From Octopus sinensis (taxonomy: Eukaryota), in the NCBI RefSeq assembly GCF_006345805.1, contig NC_043005.1, forward strand, positions 51,336,001 to 51,400,000: 64,000 bases of DNA, in the 5' to 3' direction. Position numbers and translations under genes: made by a program. This document shows positions 11,787-25,976 of the stretch, one piece after another. Below the pieces are notes generated by a model. It saw only the letters and a list, made by a program, of their open reading frames with translations. It was not told the DNA's origin and did no database searches. Every line of letters begins with the position of its first letter. Position 1 is the stretch's first letter.

Positions 11787-13103
11787 TATCAGACTGAGTA
11801 AAAGGTAAGCAACGTTTTGAAACAAGAAATTCATCCCAATATATTTCAACAATGCGGAAATTTTATCCATCAAAGTAAGTACTGTTACAATCAGCACATT
11901 TTTGCCAACGAGTCACAAGTTTGTTTATTCCAGTAACATAAAAATCTGGAGTTCTAGACCTGATGAATTCGTTGAACGCACTTTCAGCATCGGTTTGATT
12001 TTTTAACTCCTCTCGCAGGAAACCATCAAGGAGCTTGAAAATGTGGTAGTCGGTAGGACAAAGGTCTGGGGAATAAGCTGGATGGGGAAGAACTTCATAG
12101 CCAAGTTCTCTCAACTTCTGGAGCGTCATTAGTGAAACGTGCGGTCGAGCATTGTCATGAAAAATGATTGGTCCTTTTCTGTCAACCAGTCTGGGACAGA
12201 TGAGTAGCAGTTTTTCGTTCATTTTGGCAATTTCATGGCAATATATTTCTGCAGTACTGCTTTTTTCCGGTTTTAAGAAGTTATAGATGAGTCGAGCAGT
12301 ACACCACCAAACAGTCAGTATAACCTTCTTTTTGAAGAGCTCGGGTTTAGAAAGGTTTTCGGTGCTCCATTTTAGTCCAGTGATTGCGAAGAACGTTTTG
12401 TATTATTGTACAGAATCCACTTTTCATCGCAAGTTGCAATACGATCGAGAAATGGATCGGCCTGGTTACGGAGAAGTGACGAGCAAATTTCATATCTGCG
12501 CATTTTCTGATTTTCATTCAAATCGTGTGGTCCCATTTGTCGAGCTTTTTTGATTTTCCGATCGTATGCAAATGGTTGCAGGCAGTTTTCTGGTTAACAT
12601 GAAGCTCTTTTGGTAGTTCTTGAGTGGTTTTATGTGGATCTTTCTCAATGACGGTCTTTAATTGACCGTCATCGATGACAGATGGGCGTCCACTACGCTC
12701 ACGATCTTCAAGGCTCAGGTCTCCACTGCGAAATCGTTTAAATCATTTTCGAACTGACCAGTCACTGGTCATTTCCTCACCAAACATTTCGTTGATATCG
12801 CGAGCAGTTTCAGCTGCTTTACGCCCTTTTTTGAAGTTGAATAGCAAAATTTTCGAATATCGCGCTTTACAGTTCCATTTCAGATGATTGTAACAACGGT
12901 GAAAAACATATCAATGTTAATGTATTGATGTAGTTGGGCAAGTCTATGTCTGCATTATCAGACAATTGCAAAGAAATGTTTTAAAAATTTCAAAACTCTG
13001 CAAAACTCCGGTACAAATTCTTCATGATTGAAAGCATAGCACGAAGTTTTGTCAATTAACAGTCACAGTTTCAAACGGACGAAAGTATTTTGATACAAAT
13101 TAA
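11787..13103 (-). mobile_element. Decayed mariner transposon (about 1.3 kb)
   Basis: Transposase pseudogene inside; diverged TIR candidates at 11787-11820 and 13071-13103; span matches typical mariner length. Ends are uncertain. Confidence 0.7.
11863..12878 (-). pseudogene. mariner DD34D transposase pseudogene
   Basis: RFRSGDLSLEDRERSGRP (HTH), ATCDEKWILY, FHDNARPHV, HPAYSPDLCPTDYHIF, RWQKC..YFD; several stops and frameshifts. Confidence 0.92.
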
Positions 13104-13354
13104 ATTAAAATGTTAGAGTGAATCTAACGGGTTTTTTTTTTGTGCGTGTGTGTTTTTAAATGGCTTATAAGTATATTCCACGATGCAATTCTTTTTGTTT
13201 CACCACACGATCTCAAATCAAGTCACTTGCTATGCAAGTACATCTCCGTAATGTATATACACATATGATTGATTGATTTATTGATTCTAGTTTCAGCTCA
13301 CGAGCTGTGGCCATGCTGGGGCACCGTCATTTGGTGTTGCTACATGGTTTTACT

Positions 13355-16312
13355 TCACGAATGCTTTTTAGCAACTGCCATTTGGTGCATGAGAGAGTTC
13401 GATGCAGCTGCCCTCATCTGCACCTCCTGCCGTGAAGTTGGTTCATCTGGGATACCTGACAAGAAGAGATCCAGTTTCATTTTAAAGACATCTGCATCCA
13501 CCCCATGCAGGTCTCTTAGGTTCTTCGGGAGGATATTGAAGAGCTGTGGGCCTCGGAAGCCCAGGCTATCAAAGTATCTTGTCCTACATCTTGATGGCAA
13601 ATTTGGAGTCCTAGGCACCACGCAGTGGCGTCCAGTTCTGGCATTTGTGTAACTCTCGATGCCAAAGTTTGGGGCAAGTCCCTCCAGGATCTTCCAGATG
13701 TATATTATGGCATATCTTTCTCGCCTACGCTCCAAGGAATAGAGTTTTAATCTCTTGAGTCTTTCCCAGTAGCTTATATTCTGCACAGAGGCTATCTTCT
13801 TCGTGTAGCTACGTTGGATCGCCTCAAGTTCTGTGATCAACTTGACACTGGATGGTGACCATAGCTGAGAGCAATAGTCAAAGTGGCTTAGGACAAGTGT
13901 CCTCCAGAGGACCATCATGGTTTCTTGTTCTCTTGTTCTAAAGGTTCTGAGAATCCATCCGGCCAGTCGTCTACATTTCATTGCCAATTTAGCAACATGT
14001 ACACGAAAGGTTGCGTCATCACTCATGTAAATACCCAGGTCACGCACTGATTGTGCCTCTGGGATTGCAATTCCTCCGGGTCCAGTGTATTCATTGGGTA
14101 TTGCATTTAGTTTTGCATGCTGATAGTATAAAGCTTGAAACTTTTCAGCATTGAACTGCATGCTATTCTTTTCAGCCCACTTGTATATTTTGTCCAGCTC
14201 ACATTGCAGGCGTTTAGTGTCCTCAGGGTTCTGTATTGCCTGTGAAACTTTTGTATCATCTGCATAACTTGTGATCGTGGCTCTCTGCGTGGCTGAGGGC
14301 ATGTCTGAGAGGGCCATTATGAACAGTAGTTGTCCCAAAACAGTGCCCTGCGGAACACCGCTCACTATTTGCGTGTTAATGGAAGTGGCCTCATTGGCTA
14401 CTACCACCTGACTTCTATCTTTCAGAAAGTCATGAAGCCATTCTCCCAGTTTTCCAACTATGCTAAGATCACGCAGTTTGTGATATATCATTCCATGATC
14501 GACTTTATCAAAGGGCTTTACAAAGTCGAGATATATCACTTCCACATTTGAGTGGTTGAGCAGTCGTTTCAGCACCCAGTCATAGTGTTGTAGGAGCTGA
14601 GTTAAGCAGCTTCTTCCTGGTCGGAAACCATGATGGGTGTCAGGCAGCAAGTCATTTTCTTCAAGGAAGGTGATCAGTTTCCTTCTGACTATTCGTTCCA
14701 TGACCTTGCTGATGTGTGAGGTCAGAGAGATAGGTCTGTAGTTCTTGGCCTCCACTCTGCTACCTCCTTTATGAATAGGGCATATTTTACCTTCCTTCAG
14801 TTTTCTTGGACGTTTGCCAGCTGCAAGGAAGCTCTGAAAGAGGAACTGCAGTGGTCTTGCTAGGACTCTCTTACATACTTTTAGGAGGATTGCCGGGAAT
14901 CCATCGGGACCAGTAGCTGAGTCTGTTTTCATTTCATCTATAGCTTTTATTACATCGTCTTCCTTTATATCGATGTGATCTATCGTCGCTGCCTCTGATT
15001 TTATATCTGCAGTGGTAAAGAAGTCAGTTGGATTGGTGATTTGGAAATTCCCAAGGGGTGGAGTGAAAACACTCTTGAAATGCTCATTCAGTACTTTACT
15101 TACCCTCATTGGTTTTCCTGTGAGTGTGCCATCCTTTTCAAGGAGTGGCCCTATCCTACAGTCCACCGTAGCTGTTTCTTTGGCATACCTGCAGAAAGCT
15201 CTGGGGTTAGATTTTATGTTGTCTATAGCCCAGGCTTCTTTGTCTGCTCTTTCCTTTTCATGGGGGAGTTGCAGACATTTTTCAATTTCCAACAGTTTTA
15301 TTTTCAGGCGGGACTTTTCACTGCTTTCAATTTGTTTGTTTAGGCGATTTGAAATTTGTGTACGCCGTCTCATTAAAATTTTCCTCTCTCTGGGGATTTT
15401 GTTCTTGTGTACAGTGGCCTTTCTCTCTGGGACACATTTGTAGCATATGGCTTGCATTACAGACATGAATTGTTGAAGTTTCACGTCGATGTCTGGCGAG
15501 GATAGACATTCAGGCCAGTTTTGTTTGAGGATCTCTTTCTCAATTTGTTTCCAGTTTGCCTTATGGAAGTTCAAGCTGGAAAGATTCTGAGGGTTTCTTG
15601 TAGGCTGCATGTCCATGCTTTCCTTTGGCCCGTACATGGTCAGCTCTACCATGTTGTGATCCGAGAGTAGTGTCGGTGTCACTTTCACATTATGGATGAG
15701 ATCCATATTATTTGTGAAGCAGAGATCCAGTGTGTTACCTGCCCTGGTTGGTTGGAGTATTACTTGCTCCATGTACAGGGTGTTGATGAGGTTCAGGAGG
15801 GACCTCGCCTGTCCTCGTTCACATCTTGTCATTCCTGGGAGAGAAAGGCCCTCGGGCCATCTGACATTGGGTAGATTGAAGTCTCCCATAAGAGGTACAC
15901 TTATGTGTTGTTCTAATGTGATTAGAACTTCTATTTTTATAAGGCAGTCTTCAAACTTGCCTACATGGCTTGGGGCATCTGGAGGGCGATATGTAGCACA
16001 CACAACTACATCAAGTTGCCTTATATGTACAATTAGTGTGTCACACACCGAGTTTGAGTATGACAGAAGGACCTGGGGTGTGAGGTCCTCACGGATGTAC
16101 ATAGCAACTCCTCCATGACTCCTTTCTTTTCTGTCGGTCCGTAGTACAACATACTGTGGTATGCGTAATTCCGCATCTGCTATGTCCGGTTTCAGGTGCG
16201 TTTCCGTAAGTGCTATGCATAAGGCTTGATTGCATGCAACAAAGTCTCTCAAGAACGGGATTTTTGTCCTGTTACTGAGTGTTTGCAGTCCTCTGATGTT
16301 CAGTAGGAGCAT
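13355..16312 (-). CDS. LINE ORF2: APE endonuclease plus reverse transcriptase (985 aa from MLLLNIRG; open frame extends to 16456)
   Basis: EN motifs NIRG, TETH, YRPP, GDFN, LDL, SDH; RT motifs YRPISL, HGFRPGRSC, DFVKPFD, GVPQG, YADD; no stop in 1033 codons. Confidence 0.95.
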   Translation of the reverse strand: MLLLNIRGLQTLSNRTKIPFLRDFVACNQALCIALTETHLKPDIADAELRIPQYVVLRTDRKERSHGGVAMYIREDLTPQVLLSYSNSVCDTLIVHIRQLDVVVCATYRPPDAPSHVGKFEDCLIKIEVLITLEQHISVPLMGDFNLPNVRWPEGLSLPGMTRCERGQARSLLNLINTLYMEQVILQPTRAGNTLDLCFTNNMDLIHNVKVTPTLLSDHNMVELTMYGPKESMDMQPTRNPQNLSSLNFHKANWKQIEKEILKQNWPECLSSPDIDVKLQQFMSVMQAICYKCVPERKATVHKNKIPRERKILMRRRTQISNRLNKQIESSEKSRLKIKLLEIEKCLQLPHEKERADKEAWAIDNIKSNPRAFCRYAKETATVDCRIGPLLEKDGTLTGKPMRVSKVLNEHFKSVFTPPLGNFQITNPTDFFTTADIKSEAATIDHIDIKEDDVIKAIDEMKTDSATGPDGFPAILLKVCKRVLARPLQFLFQSFLAAGKRPRKLKEGKICPIHKGGSRVEAKNYRPISLTSHISKVMERIVRRKLITFLEENDLLPDTHHGFRPGRSCLTQLLQHYDWVLKRLLNHSNVEVIYLDFVKPFDKVDHGMIYHKLRDLSIVGKLGEWLHDFLKDRSQVVVANEATSINTQIVSGVPQGTVLGQLLFIMALSDMPSATQRATITSYADDTKVSQAIQNPEDTKRLQCELDKIYKWAEKNSMQFNAEKFQALYYQHAKLNAIPNEYTGPGGIAIPEAQSVRDLGIYMSDDATFRVHVAKLAMKCRRLAGWILRTFRTREQETMMVLWRTLVLSHFDYCSQLWSPSSVKLITELEAIQRSYTKKIASVQNISYWERLKRLKLYSLERRRERYAIIYIWKILEGLAPNFGIESYTNARTGRHCVVPRTPNLPSRCRTRYFDSLGFRGPQLFNILPKNLRDLHGVDADVFKMKLDLFLSGIPDEPTSRQEVQMRAAASNSLMHQMAVAKKHS

Positions 16313-16344
16313 CGAGGTGAGGTGTATGCTGTTGCCGGCGGTGT

Positions 16345-17029
16345 TCACCTTGGGTCTATTTGCTGTGGTGATCTTGTATATTGTGGGTAGTCCCATCTGC
16401 GAGCTTGGGTTTGATGAAGCCAGGTTAGCTGCTGTACAATCTTTTGTGCCATGCACAAAAAAGATTCTTGTTCAGCAGCTGCCCTTTCAACAACATCATG
16501 TTGGCGGTTTGTGGCACGCACCACATCTGTGTACCTCCGTTTTTGGGGCAGGTGGTGCGTGGTCCATCCCTTTTCCTTTCGTTAGTTTGTTTCTGATCTG
16601 TTTCGTGTCTCTGCGGCAGGGTCCCCGATGTGCAAAACGGCAGCCTGTACCTTCCTCTCCATGCCAGCAGGTACCTCTCAGGTAGAACCTACACACCCGT
16701 GTGCGCTGTTTGTTTCCATCCTTTTTGGTATATGGATAGTCAGTTTTACTTCTATTCTTGGCTGTTTCATTTTTTGGTTTTGTTTGAGTTTTTCTTTTAG
16801 TTTTTCCTCCTTTTATTTCTTCTTTGGGTTCTTCATTTCCATGGCTTTTGGTGCTGGTAGGAGCACTTGCACTTGGGTTTACTTCCCAGGCAGGTTTCTC
16901 ACTCGAAACCTCTTCCCGGGTGTCTACTAGGTGGGGGTGACTTCTTTCATCAGCACCCGTGTCTCCATCCTTGCCATCTTTACTTTGTTCGTACTCAAAG
17001 ATGGCATCAAGCGTGCCAATGTGAGATCG
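16345..17029 (-). pseudogene. LINE ORF1 remnant with one CCCH zinc finger
   Basis: [22 protein letters not shown]. No in-frame ATG in unique sequence. A probable frameshift near 16580 continues as [28 protein letters not shown]... to a TGA at 16345-16347, 32 nt before the ORF2 ATG. Confidence 0.75.
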
Positions 17030-17037
17030 TATATACG

Positions 17038-17068
<31 letters not shown>

Positions 17069-17707
17069 GTATACATATGTATATATACGTATGTATATAT
17101 ACATATATGTATACATATGTATATATACGTATGTATATATACATATATATATACATATGTATACATATGTATATATATATACATATGTATATACATATGT
17201 ATACATATGTATATATATATACATATGTATATACATATGTATACATATGTATATATATATACATATGTATATACATATGTATACATATGTATATATATAT
17301 ACATATGTATATACATATGTATACATATGTATATATACGTATGTATATATACATATATATATACATATGTATACATATGTATATATATATACATATGTAT
17401 ACATATGTATATATACGTATGTATACATATGTATATATACGTATGTATACATATGTATATATACGTATGTATATATACATATATATATACATATGTATAT
17501 ATACGTATGTATATATACATATATATATACATATATACATATGTATATACATATATACATATGTATATATACGTATGTATATATACATATATATATACAT
17601 ATATACATATGTATATATATATACATATGTATATATATATATACATATGTATATATATACATATGTATATATATATATACATATGTATATATATATATAT
17701 ATATAGA
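17030..17707. repeat. TA/TACATATG compound microsatellite
   Basis: Direct reading. Confidence 0.97.
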
Positions 17708-17708
17708 C

Positions 17709-18155
17709 ATTCTCTTTTTTTCTCTTTTTACTTGTTTCAGTCATATGACTGCGGCCATGCTGGAGCACCGCCTTTAGTCGAGCAAATCGACCCCGGGACT
17801 TATTCTTTGTAAGCCCAGTACTTATTCTATCGGTCTCTTTTGCCGAACCGCTAAGTGACGGGGACGTAAACACACCAGCATCGGTTGTCAAGCAATGCTA
17901 GGGGAACAAACACAGACACACAAACACATACACTTGTATATATATATACATATATATATATAAGTGTATATACATATGTATGTATATATATATATGTATA
18001 CATATGTATGTTTCCGTCTACCAAATCCACTCACAAGGCTTTAGTCGGCCCGAGGCTATAGCAGAAGACACTTGCCCAAGATGCCACGCAGTGGGACTGA
18101 ACCCAGAACCATGTGGTTGGTAGGCAAGCTACTTACCACACAGCCACTCCTGCAC
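17709..18155 (-). mobile_element. S1 SINE, near full length, with internal microsatellite
   Basis: Head GGTGCAGGAGTGGCTGTGTGGTAAGTAGC, CORE-like ATCTTGGGCAAGTGTCTTC, CR1-like tail. Confidence 0.9.
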
Positions 18156-18226
18156 CTATATGTATATATACATATGTATGTATATATAATATGTATATAT
18201 ATATATATACATACGTATGTTATATA

Positions 18227-18263
<37 letters not shown>

Positions 18264-18303
18264 GTATATATAGATATGTATATGTATATATATATGTATT
18301 GTA

Positions 18304-18349
<46 letters not shown>

Positions 18350-19054
18350 GTTATATATATGTATATGTATATATAGTATATGTATATATATATATGTATA
18401 TGTATATATATATACATATGTATATATATAGTATATAATAGATATATATATATATGTATATGGTATATATATTATGTATATGTATATATATAATATGTAT
18501 ATGTATATATTATATATGTATATGTATATATATATAGATATGTATATATATATGTATAGTATATATATATATATACATATTATATAACATATATATATAC
18601 ATACATATGTATATACATATATATACACATACATATGTATATCATATATATATACACATACATATGTATATACATATATATACATATATATATATACATA
18701 CATATGTATATACATATATATACATATATATATACATATATATACATATATATATATACATACATATGTATACATATATATATATACATACATATGTATA
18801 TATACATATACATACATATGTATATATACATATACATACATATGTATATATACATATACATACATATGTATATATATATATACATATGTATATATACATA
18901 TACATACATATGTATATATATGTATATATACATATATATATAAGTATATATACATATATATACATATGTATATATACATATATATATATGTATATATACA
19001 TATGTATATATACATATATATACATATATACATATATATCATATATATACATAC

Positions 19055-19099
<45 letters not shown>

Positions 19100-21650
19100 C
19101 ACGTATGTATATATATATATACATATATATATATACATACGTATGTGATATATATATATACATATATATATACATACGTATGTATATATATATATACATA
19201 CGTATGTATTATATATATACTATGTATATATATATAATACATATGTTATATACATATATATACATATGTATATATACATATATATACATATGTATATATA
19301 CATATATATACATATATATATACATATATATACATATATATACATATATATACATATATACATATATATATACATATATATACATACATACATATATATA
19401 CATATATATATACATATATATACATATATACATATATATACATACATACATATATATACATACATACACATATATACATATATATACATATATACATATA
19501 TATACATATATACATATATATACATGTATATACATATATATACATATATATACATACATATATATATATACATATATACATACATATATATATATACATA
19601 TATACATACATATATATATATACATATATACATACATATATATATATACATATATACATACATATATATATACATATATACATACATATATATATATATA
19701 CATATATACATACATATATACATACATACATACATATATACATACATATATACATACGTATATATATATACATATATATATACATACGTATATATATATA
19801 TACATATATATATATATACATATATATATACATGCGTATATATATATACATATATATATACATGCGTATATATATATACTATATATATACATGCGTATAT
19901 ATATATATACATATATATATACATACGTATATATATATATACATATATATATACATACGTATATATATATACATATATATATACATACGTATATATATAT
20001 ATACATATATATATACATACGTATATATATATACGATATAGATATATATATACGTATATATATATATACGTATATATATATATATACGTATATATATATA
20101 TACATACATATATATATATACATATATATATATATACATATATATATACATACGTATATATATATACATATATATATACATACGTAATATATATATATAT
20201 ACATATATATATACATACGTATATATATATATACATATATATATACATACGTATATATATATATATACATATATATATACATACGTATATATATATACAT
20301 ATATATATCATACGTATATATATATATACATATATATATACATACGTATATATATATATACATATATATACATACGTATATACATACGTATATATATATA
20401 TAATATATATATACATACGTATATATAACAATATATATATACATACGTATATATATATATACATATATATACATACGTATATATATATATACATATATAT
20501 ATATATACATATATATACATACGTATATATATATATACATATATATATACATACGTATATATATATATACATATATATATACATACGTATATATATATAT
20601 ACATATATATACATACGTATATATATATATATACATATATATACATACGTATATATATATATACATATATATACATACGTAAATATATATATACATATAT
20701 ATATACATACGTATATATATACATACATATATATATACATACGTATATGTATACATACATAATATTATACATACGTATATGTATACATACTATATATATA
20801 CATACGTATATATATACATAATACATATATACATACGTATATATATACATACATATATATATACATACGTATATATACATACATATATATATACATACGT
20901 ATATATATACATACATATATATATACATACGTATATATATACATACATATATATATACATACATATATATATACATACATATATATATACATACGTATAT
21001 ATATACATACATATATATATACATACGTATATATATACATACATATATATATACATACGTATATATATACATACATATATATATACATACGTATATATAT
21101 ATATACATATATATATACATACGTATATATATATACATATATATATACATACGTATATATATATATACATATATATATATATACATATATATATACATAC
21201 GTATATATATATATACATATATATATACATACGTATAATATATACATATATATATACATACGTATATATATATACATATATATATATATACGTATATATA
21301 TACGTACGTATATATATATATACATATACATACATACGTATATATATATACATATATACATACATACGTATATATATATATATACATATATACATACGTA
21401 TATATATATACATATATATATACATATATATACATATATACATACATACATATACATATATATGCATATGTGTCTATATACATATATGCATGTGTATATA
21501 TACATATATATGCATATGTGCATATACGTATATATACATATGTGCATATACGTATATATACATATATATATATATATATACATATGTATACTTACATATA
21601 TATATCCATATATATATACATATGTATATATACATACATATATACAAATC
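18156..21650. repeat. About 3.5 kb TA/TACA/TACG micro-minisatellite block
   Basis: Direct reading; yields many Y/I/H/M-rich spurious ORFs. Confidence 0.97.
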
Positions 21651-22073
21651 TACCCCAGGACTTATTCTTTGTAAGCCTAGTATTTATTCTATCGGTATCT
21701 TTTACCAAACCGCTAAGTTACGGGGATGTAAGCACACCAGCATCGGTTGTCAAGCACAACCGGGGGACAAACACAGATGCACAAACATATACACACAACA
21801 TACATATATATATATATATATCTATATATATATATATATATATATATAGATAGATATACATACGGGTTTCTTTCAGTTTCCGTCTACCAAATCCAATCAC
21901 AATGTTTTGGTCGGCCCGAGGCTATAATAGAAGACACTTGCCCAAGGTGCTACACAGTACTTTTAAACCTGGTACTTATCCTATTGGCCTCTGACGCCGA
22001 CCAGCTAAATTACGTAGACAAACCAACACTGGTTACCAAGCAGTAGTGTGGAACAAACACAAACTCAAACACA

Positions 22074-22123
<50 letters not shown>

Positions 22124-22300
22124 CATACAGCCACACACATACACACACACAAATATATATAAATATACGTTGGGCTTCTTTCAGTTTACCGTCTACCAAA
22201 TCCACTCACAAGGCTTTGACCGGCCCGGGGTTATATTAGAAGACACAGAACCCAGAGCCATGTGCTTGTGAAATTACCTTCTTACCATACAGCCACGCCT
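21650..22300 (-). mobile_element. Fragmented S1 SINE copies with (TA)n/(CA)n inserts
   Basis: Segments matching S1 body and core on the reverse strand. Confidence 0.7.
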
Positions 22301-22376
22301 ATAATTTTTTATTGATTTTTTTTTTTAACAGTCATTTTTATGTCTAGATGATGTTTATTCAGTTCTGAAAGGCATA

Positions 22377-22592
22377 CGAAGGGATGCTGAAAAGTTCCTG
22401 GCTTTAAGGGTCTCACGAAAGGCCTGACTGGAGGCCCAACCTTCCGAGTCCTTTTACAGGGCTTAGAAAACCTGAAGGACCGCTGCAATAAGTGTGTGGA
22501 TGTGAGAGGAGAGTATGTTGAATAAAATCACAATTAACTGATCCCCCTGTGTTTTCTTTTACCCAAACCCAGGAACTTTTTTGCACCCTTCG
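22377..22592 (+). mobile_element. mariner-derived MITE (216 bp)
   Basis: About 28-bp imperfect TIRs (CGAAGGGATGCTGAAAAGTTCCTGGC / CCCAGGAACTTTTTTGCACCCTTCG), TA on both sides; internal remnant LENLKDRCNKCVDVRGEYVE* is a mariner C-terminus. Confidence 0.88.
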
Positions 22593-23009
22593 TATGAATG
22601 TAAAATATAGTTTCACTCGGGAATCGAAATTGAATGACACAGTAGACTCCATGTAAGGTTTTTTTTTGTTTTTTTTTTTTTTTCAAATTAACCGTACTCG
22701 CAACTCCCAACTATTGATGCCTTCTAAATCCTGTATATCATTTCAACATGCTGTAACTTGTTAAGCGCTTCGAGCTTAGATATTGATCACGTTTAGTCAT
22801 GTCATTGTATACATATGAATACAATAAATACTTATATCCCACTGGTAAATTTCCGACCAAAATAGTGCGGGGTTTAAATGAGCACTTCATGTAATCTGTG
22901 GCATGACGGATCAGCAGGCGACAGTTAATTTGTTCGTATAACATGATGAGATTAGTTCTTTTCCCTGTCTTAGTTATAATTCACACTTATGTGCATGAAT
23001 GTCGGTGCA

Positions 23010-24728
23010 TACACACATGCATATATATATATATATATATATATATACATGCATATATATATAATAATATGCATATATATACATGCATATATATATAATA
23101 TAATATGCATATTATACATATATATATAATATATATGCATATATATACATATATATATAATATATATGCATATATACTACATATATATATATATATGCAT
23201 ATATAACATATATATAAACTATATATGCATATATATAACTATAATTATATATATATGGCATATATACATATATATATACTATATATGCATATATATACAT
23301 ATATATACATAATATATATGCATCTATATATACATATATATATAATATATGCATATATATACATATATATATAATTATTGCATATATATACATATATATA
23401 TAATATATATGCATATATATACATATTATATAAATATAATGCATATATATACATATATATATACATATATATGCATATATATACATATATATAATAATAA
23501 TATGCATATATATACTATATATATATAATATATATGCATATATATACATATATATATAATATATATGCAATATATACATATATTATATAATATATATGCA
23601 TATTATACATATAATATATAATATATATGCATATATATACATATAAATATATAATATATATGCATATATATACATATATATATATAATATATATGCATAT
23701 ATATACATATATATATATAATATATATGCATATATATACATATAAATATATAATATATATGCATATATATACCATATATATATATATATGCTATATATAC
23801 ATATATATATATAATATATATGCATATATATACATATATATATATATAATATATATACATATAACATATATAATATATATGCATATATATACATATATAA
23901 TATATATGCTATATATACATATATAATATATATGTATATATACATATATAATAATATGCATATATATACATATATATATAATATATATGCATATATATAC
24001 ATATATATATAATATATATACATATATATACATATATATATAATATATATGCATATATATACATAATATATATATATATGCTATATATACATATATATAT
24101 ATAATATATATGCATATATATACATATATATATAATATATATGCTATATATACATATATATATATAATATATGCATATATATACTATATATATAATATAT
24201 ATGCATATATATATATATATATATAATATATATATATAATATTGCATATATATATATATAATATAATTATATATATATATGCATATATATAATATATGCA
24301 TATATAATATATGCATATATATATATGCATATATGCATATATATATATAATTATTATATATATATATATATAATATATATGCATAATATATATATATATA
24401 TATATATAATATATATATATGCATATATATATATAATATATAATAGCATATATATATAATAATATATTGCATATACATATATATAATATATATGCATTAC
24501 ATATATATATATATATGCATATACATATATATATATATGCATATACATATATATATATATATATGCATATACATATATATAATATATATGCATATATACA
24601 TATATATATATATGCATATACATATATATATATATGCATATACATATATATATATATATGCATATACATATATATATATATATTATGCATATATATATAT
24701 AATATATAAGCATATATATATATATCAT

Positions 24729-24765
<37 letters not shown>

Positions 24766-25675
24766 GCATATATATATATAATTATATGCATATATATATA
24801 TATATAATATATGCATAATATATATATATATAATATATGCATATATATATATATAATATATGCATATATAATATATATATACTATATATGCATATATATA
24901 TATATATATATATATGCATATATATATATATATAATATATATGCATATATATATAATAATATATCATATATATATATAATATATATGCATATATAATATA
25001 TATATAATATATGCATATATATATATATATAATATATGCATATATATATATATATAATATATGCTATATATATATATAATATATGCATATATATATATAT
25101 ATAATATATATGCATATATATATATATAATATATATGCATATATATATATATAATATATATGCATATATATATATTATATAATATATATGCATATATATA
25201 TATATATATAATATATATGCATATATATATATATAATATAGCATATATATATATATATAATTATATATGTATATATATATATATATATTATTATATTTAT
25301 TATATATATATATATAATATATATGCATATATATATATATAATATATGCATATATATATATATAATATATGCATATAATATATATATTATATAATATATA
25401 GCCATATATATATATATATAATATATATGCATATATATATATATATATATATAATGCATATATATATATAATATATGCATATATATATATAATTATGCAA
25501 TATATATATATAATATAGCATATATATATATATATATATATGCATATACATAAATAAATATTCATGTATATATATATACATATAAATATTCATATACATA
25601 TATATGTGCATACATATATATGTGAGTGTGTACATATTCTATATATATATATATATATAATATGTGTGTTACATA

Positions 25676-25738
<63 letters not shown>

Positions 25739-25780
25739 ATATAAATATATGTGTGTGTATGTGTGTGTGTATGTATATAT
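23010..25780. repeat. About 2.7 kb TA/TGCA minisatellite (unit about ATATATGCATATATATACATATATATATA) ending in (TG)n
   Basis: Direct reading. Confidence 0.97.
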
Positions 25781-25782
25781 AG

Positions 25783-25976
25783 TTGGAATTTACAAAAAAA
25801 AGACGAAGACGAGTGTGTAAACAACAAACAGATGTATTAGTTTAACGCTCGGGAAGTGAGAAAGTCTTTTACGTTTCGAGCCTTCGCTCCTCAACAGAAA
25901 GGAACACAAAAATAAGCAGAGAGAGAAAATAAATAAAAGGTTTAGTAGCTAGCGATCAATCATAGCGAATGCCAGA
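25783..25976 (-). mobile_element. Penelope-like non-autonomous repeat with hammerhead-like motif
   Basis: Homologous over about 190 bp to 53870-54047; contains CTGTTGA-G-GAGC-GAAG-GCTC-GAAA-CGTA; abuts (TA)n. Confidence 0.6.

Larger units (their letters stand above)
13267..17029 (-). mobile_element. CR1-group LINE, 5'-truncated inside ORF1, inserted at the edge of a TA microsatellite
   Basis: ORF1 remnant plus full ORF2, short 3' UTR with terminal stem-loop and (AATC)n tail; only a weak low-complexity TSD candidate (TATATAC..ATAT). Confidence 0.93.

Noticed and set aside
12287-16685. Plus-strand ORFs at 12287, 12675, 13269, 14330, 15012, 15696 and 16230
   Set aside because: Antisense shadows of the mariner and LINE coding frames.
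16867-25820. Dozens of long Tyr/Ile/His/Met-rich ORFs (up to 526 aa)
   Set aside because: Translations of TA/TACA satellites that lack stops by composition; open on both strands and in several frames; not reflectin-like or other real proteins.
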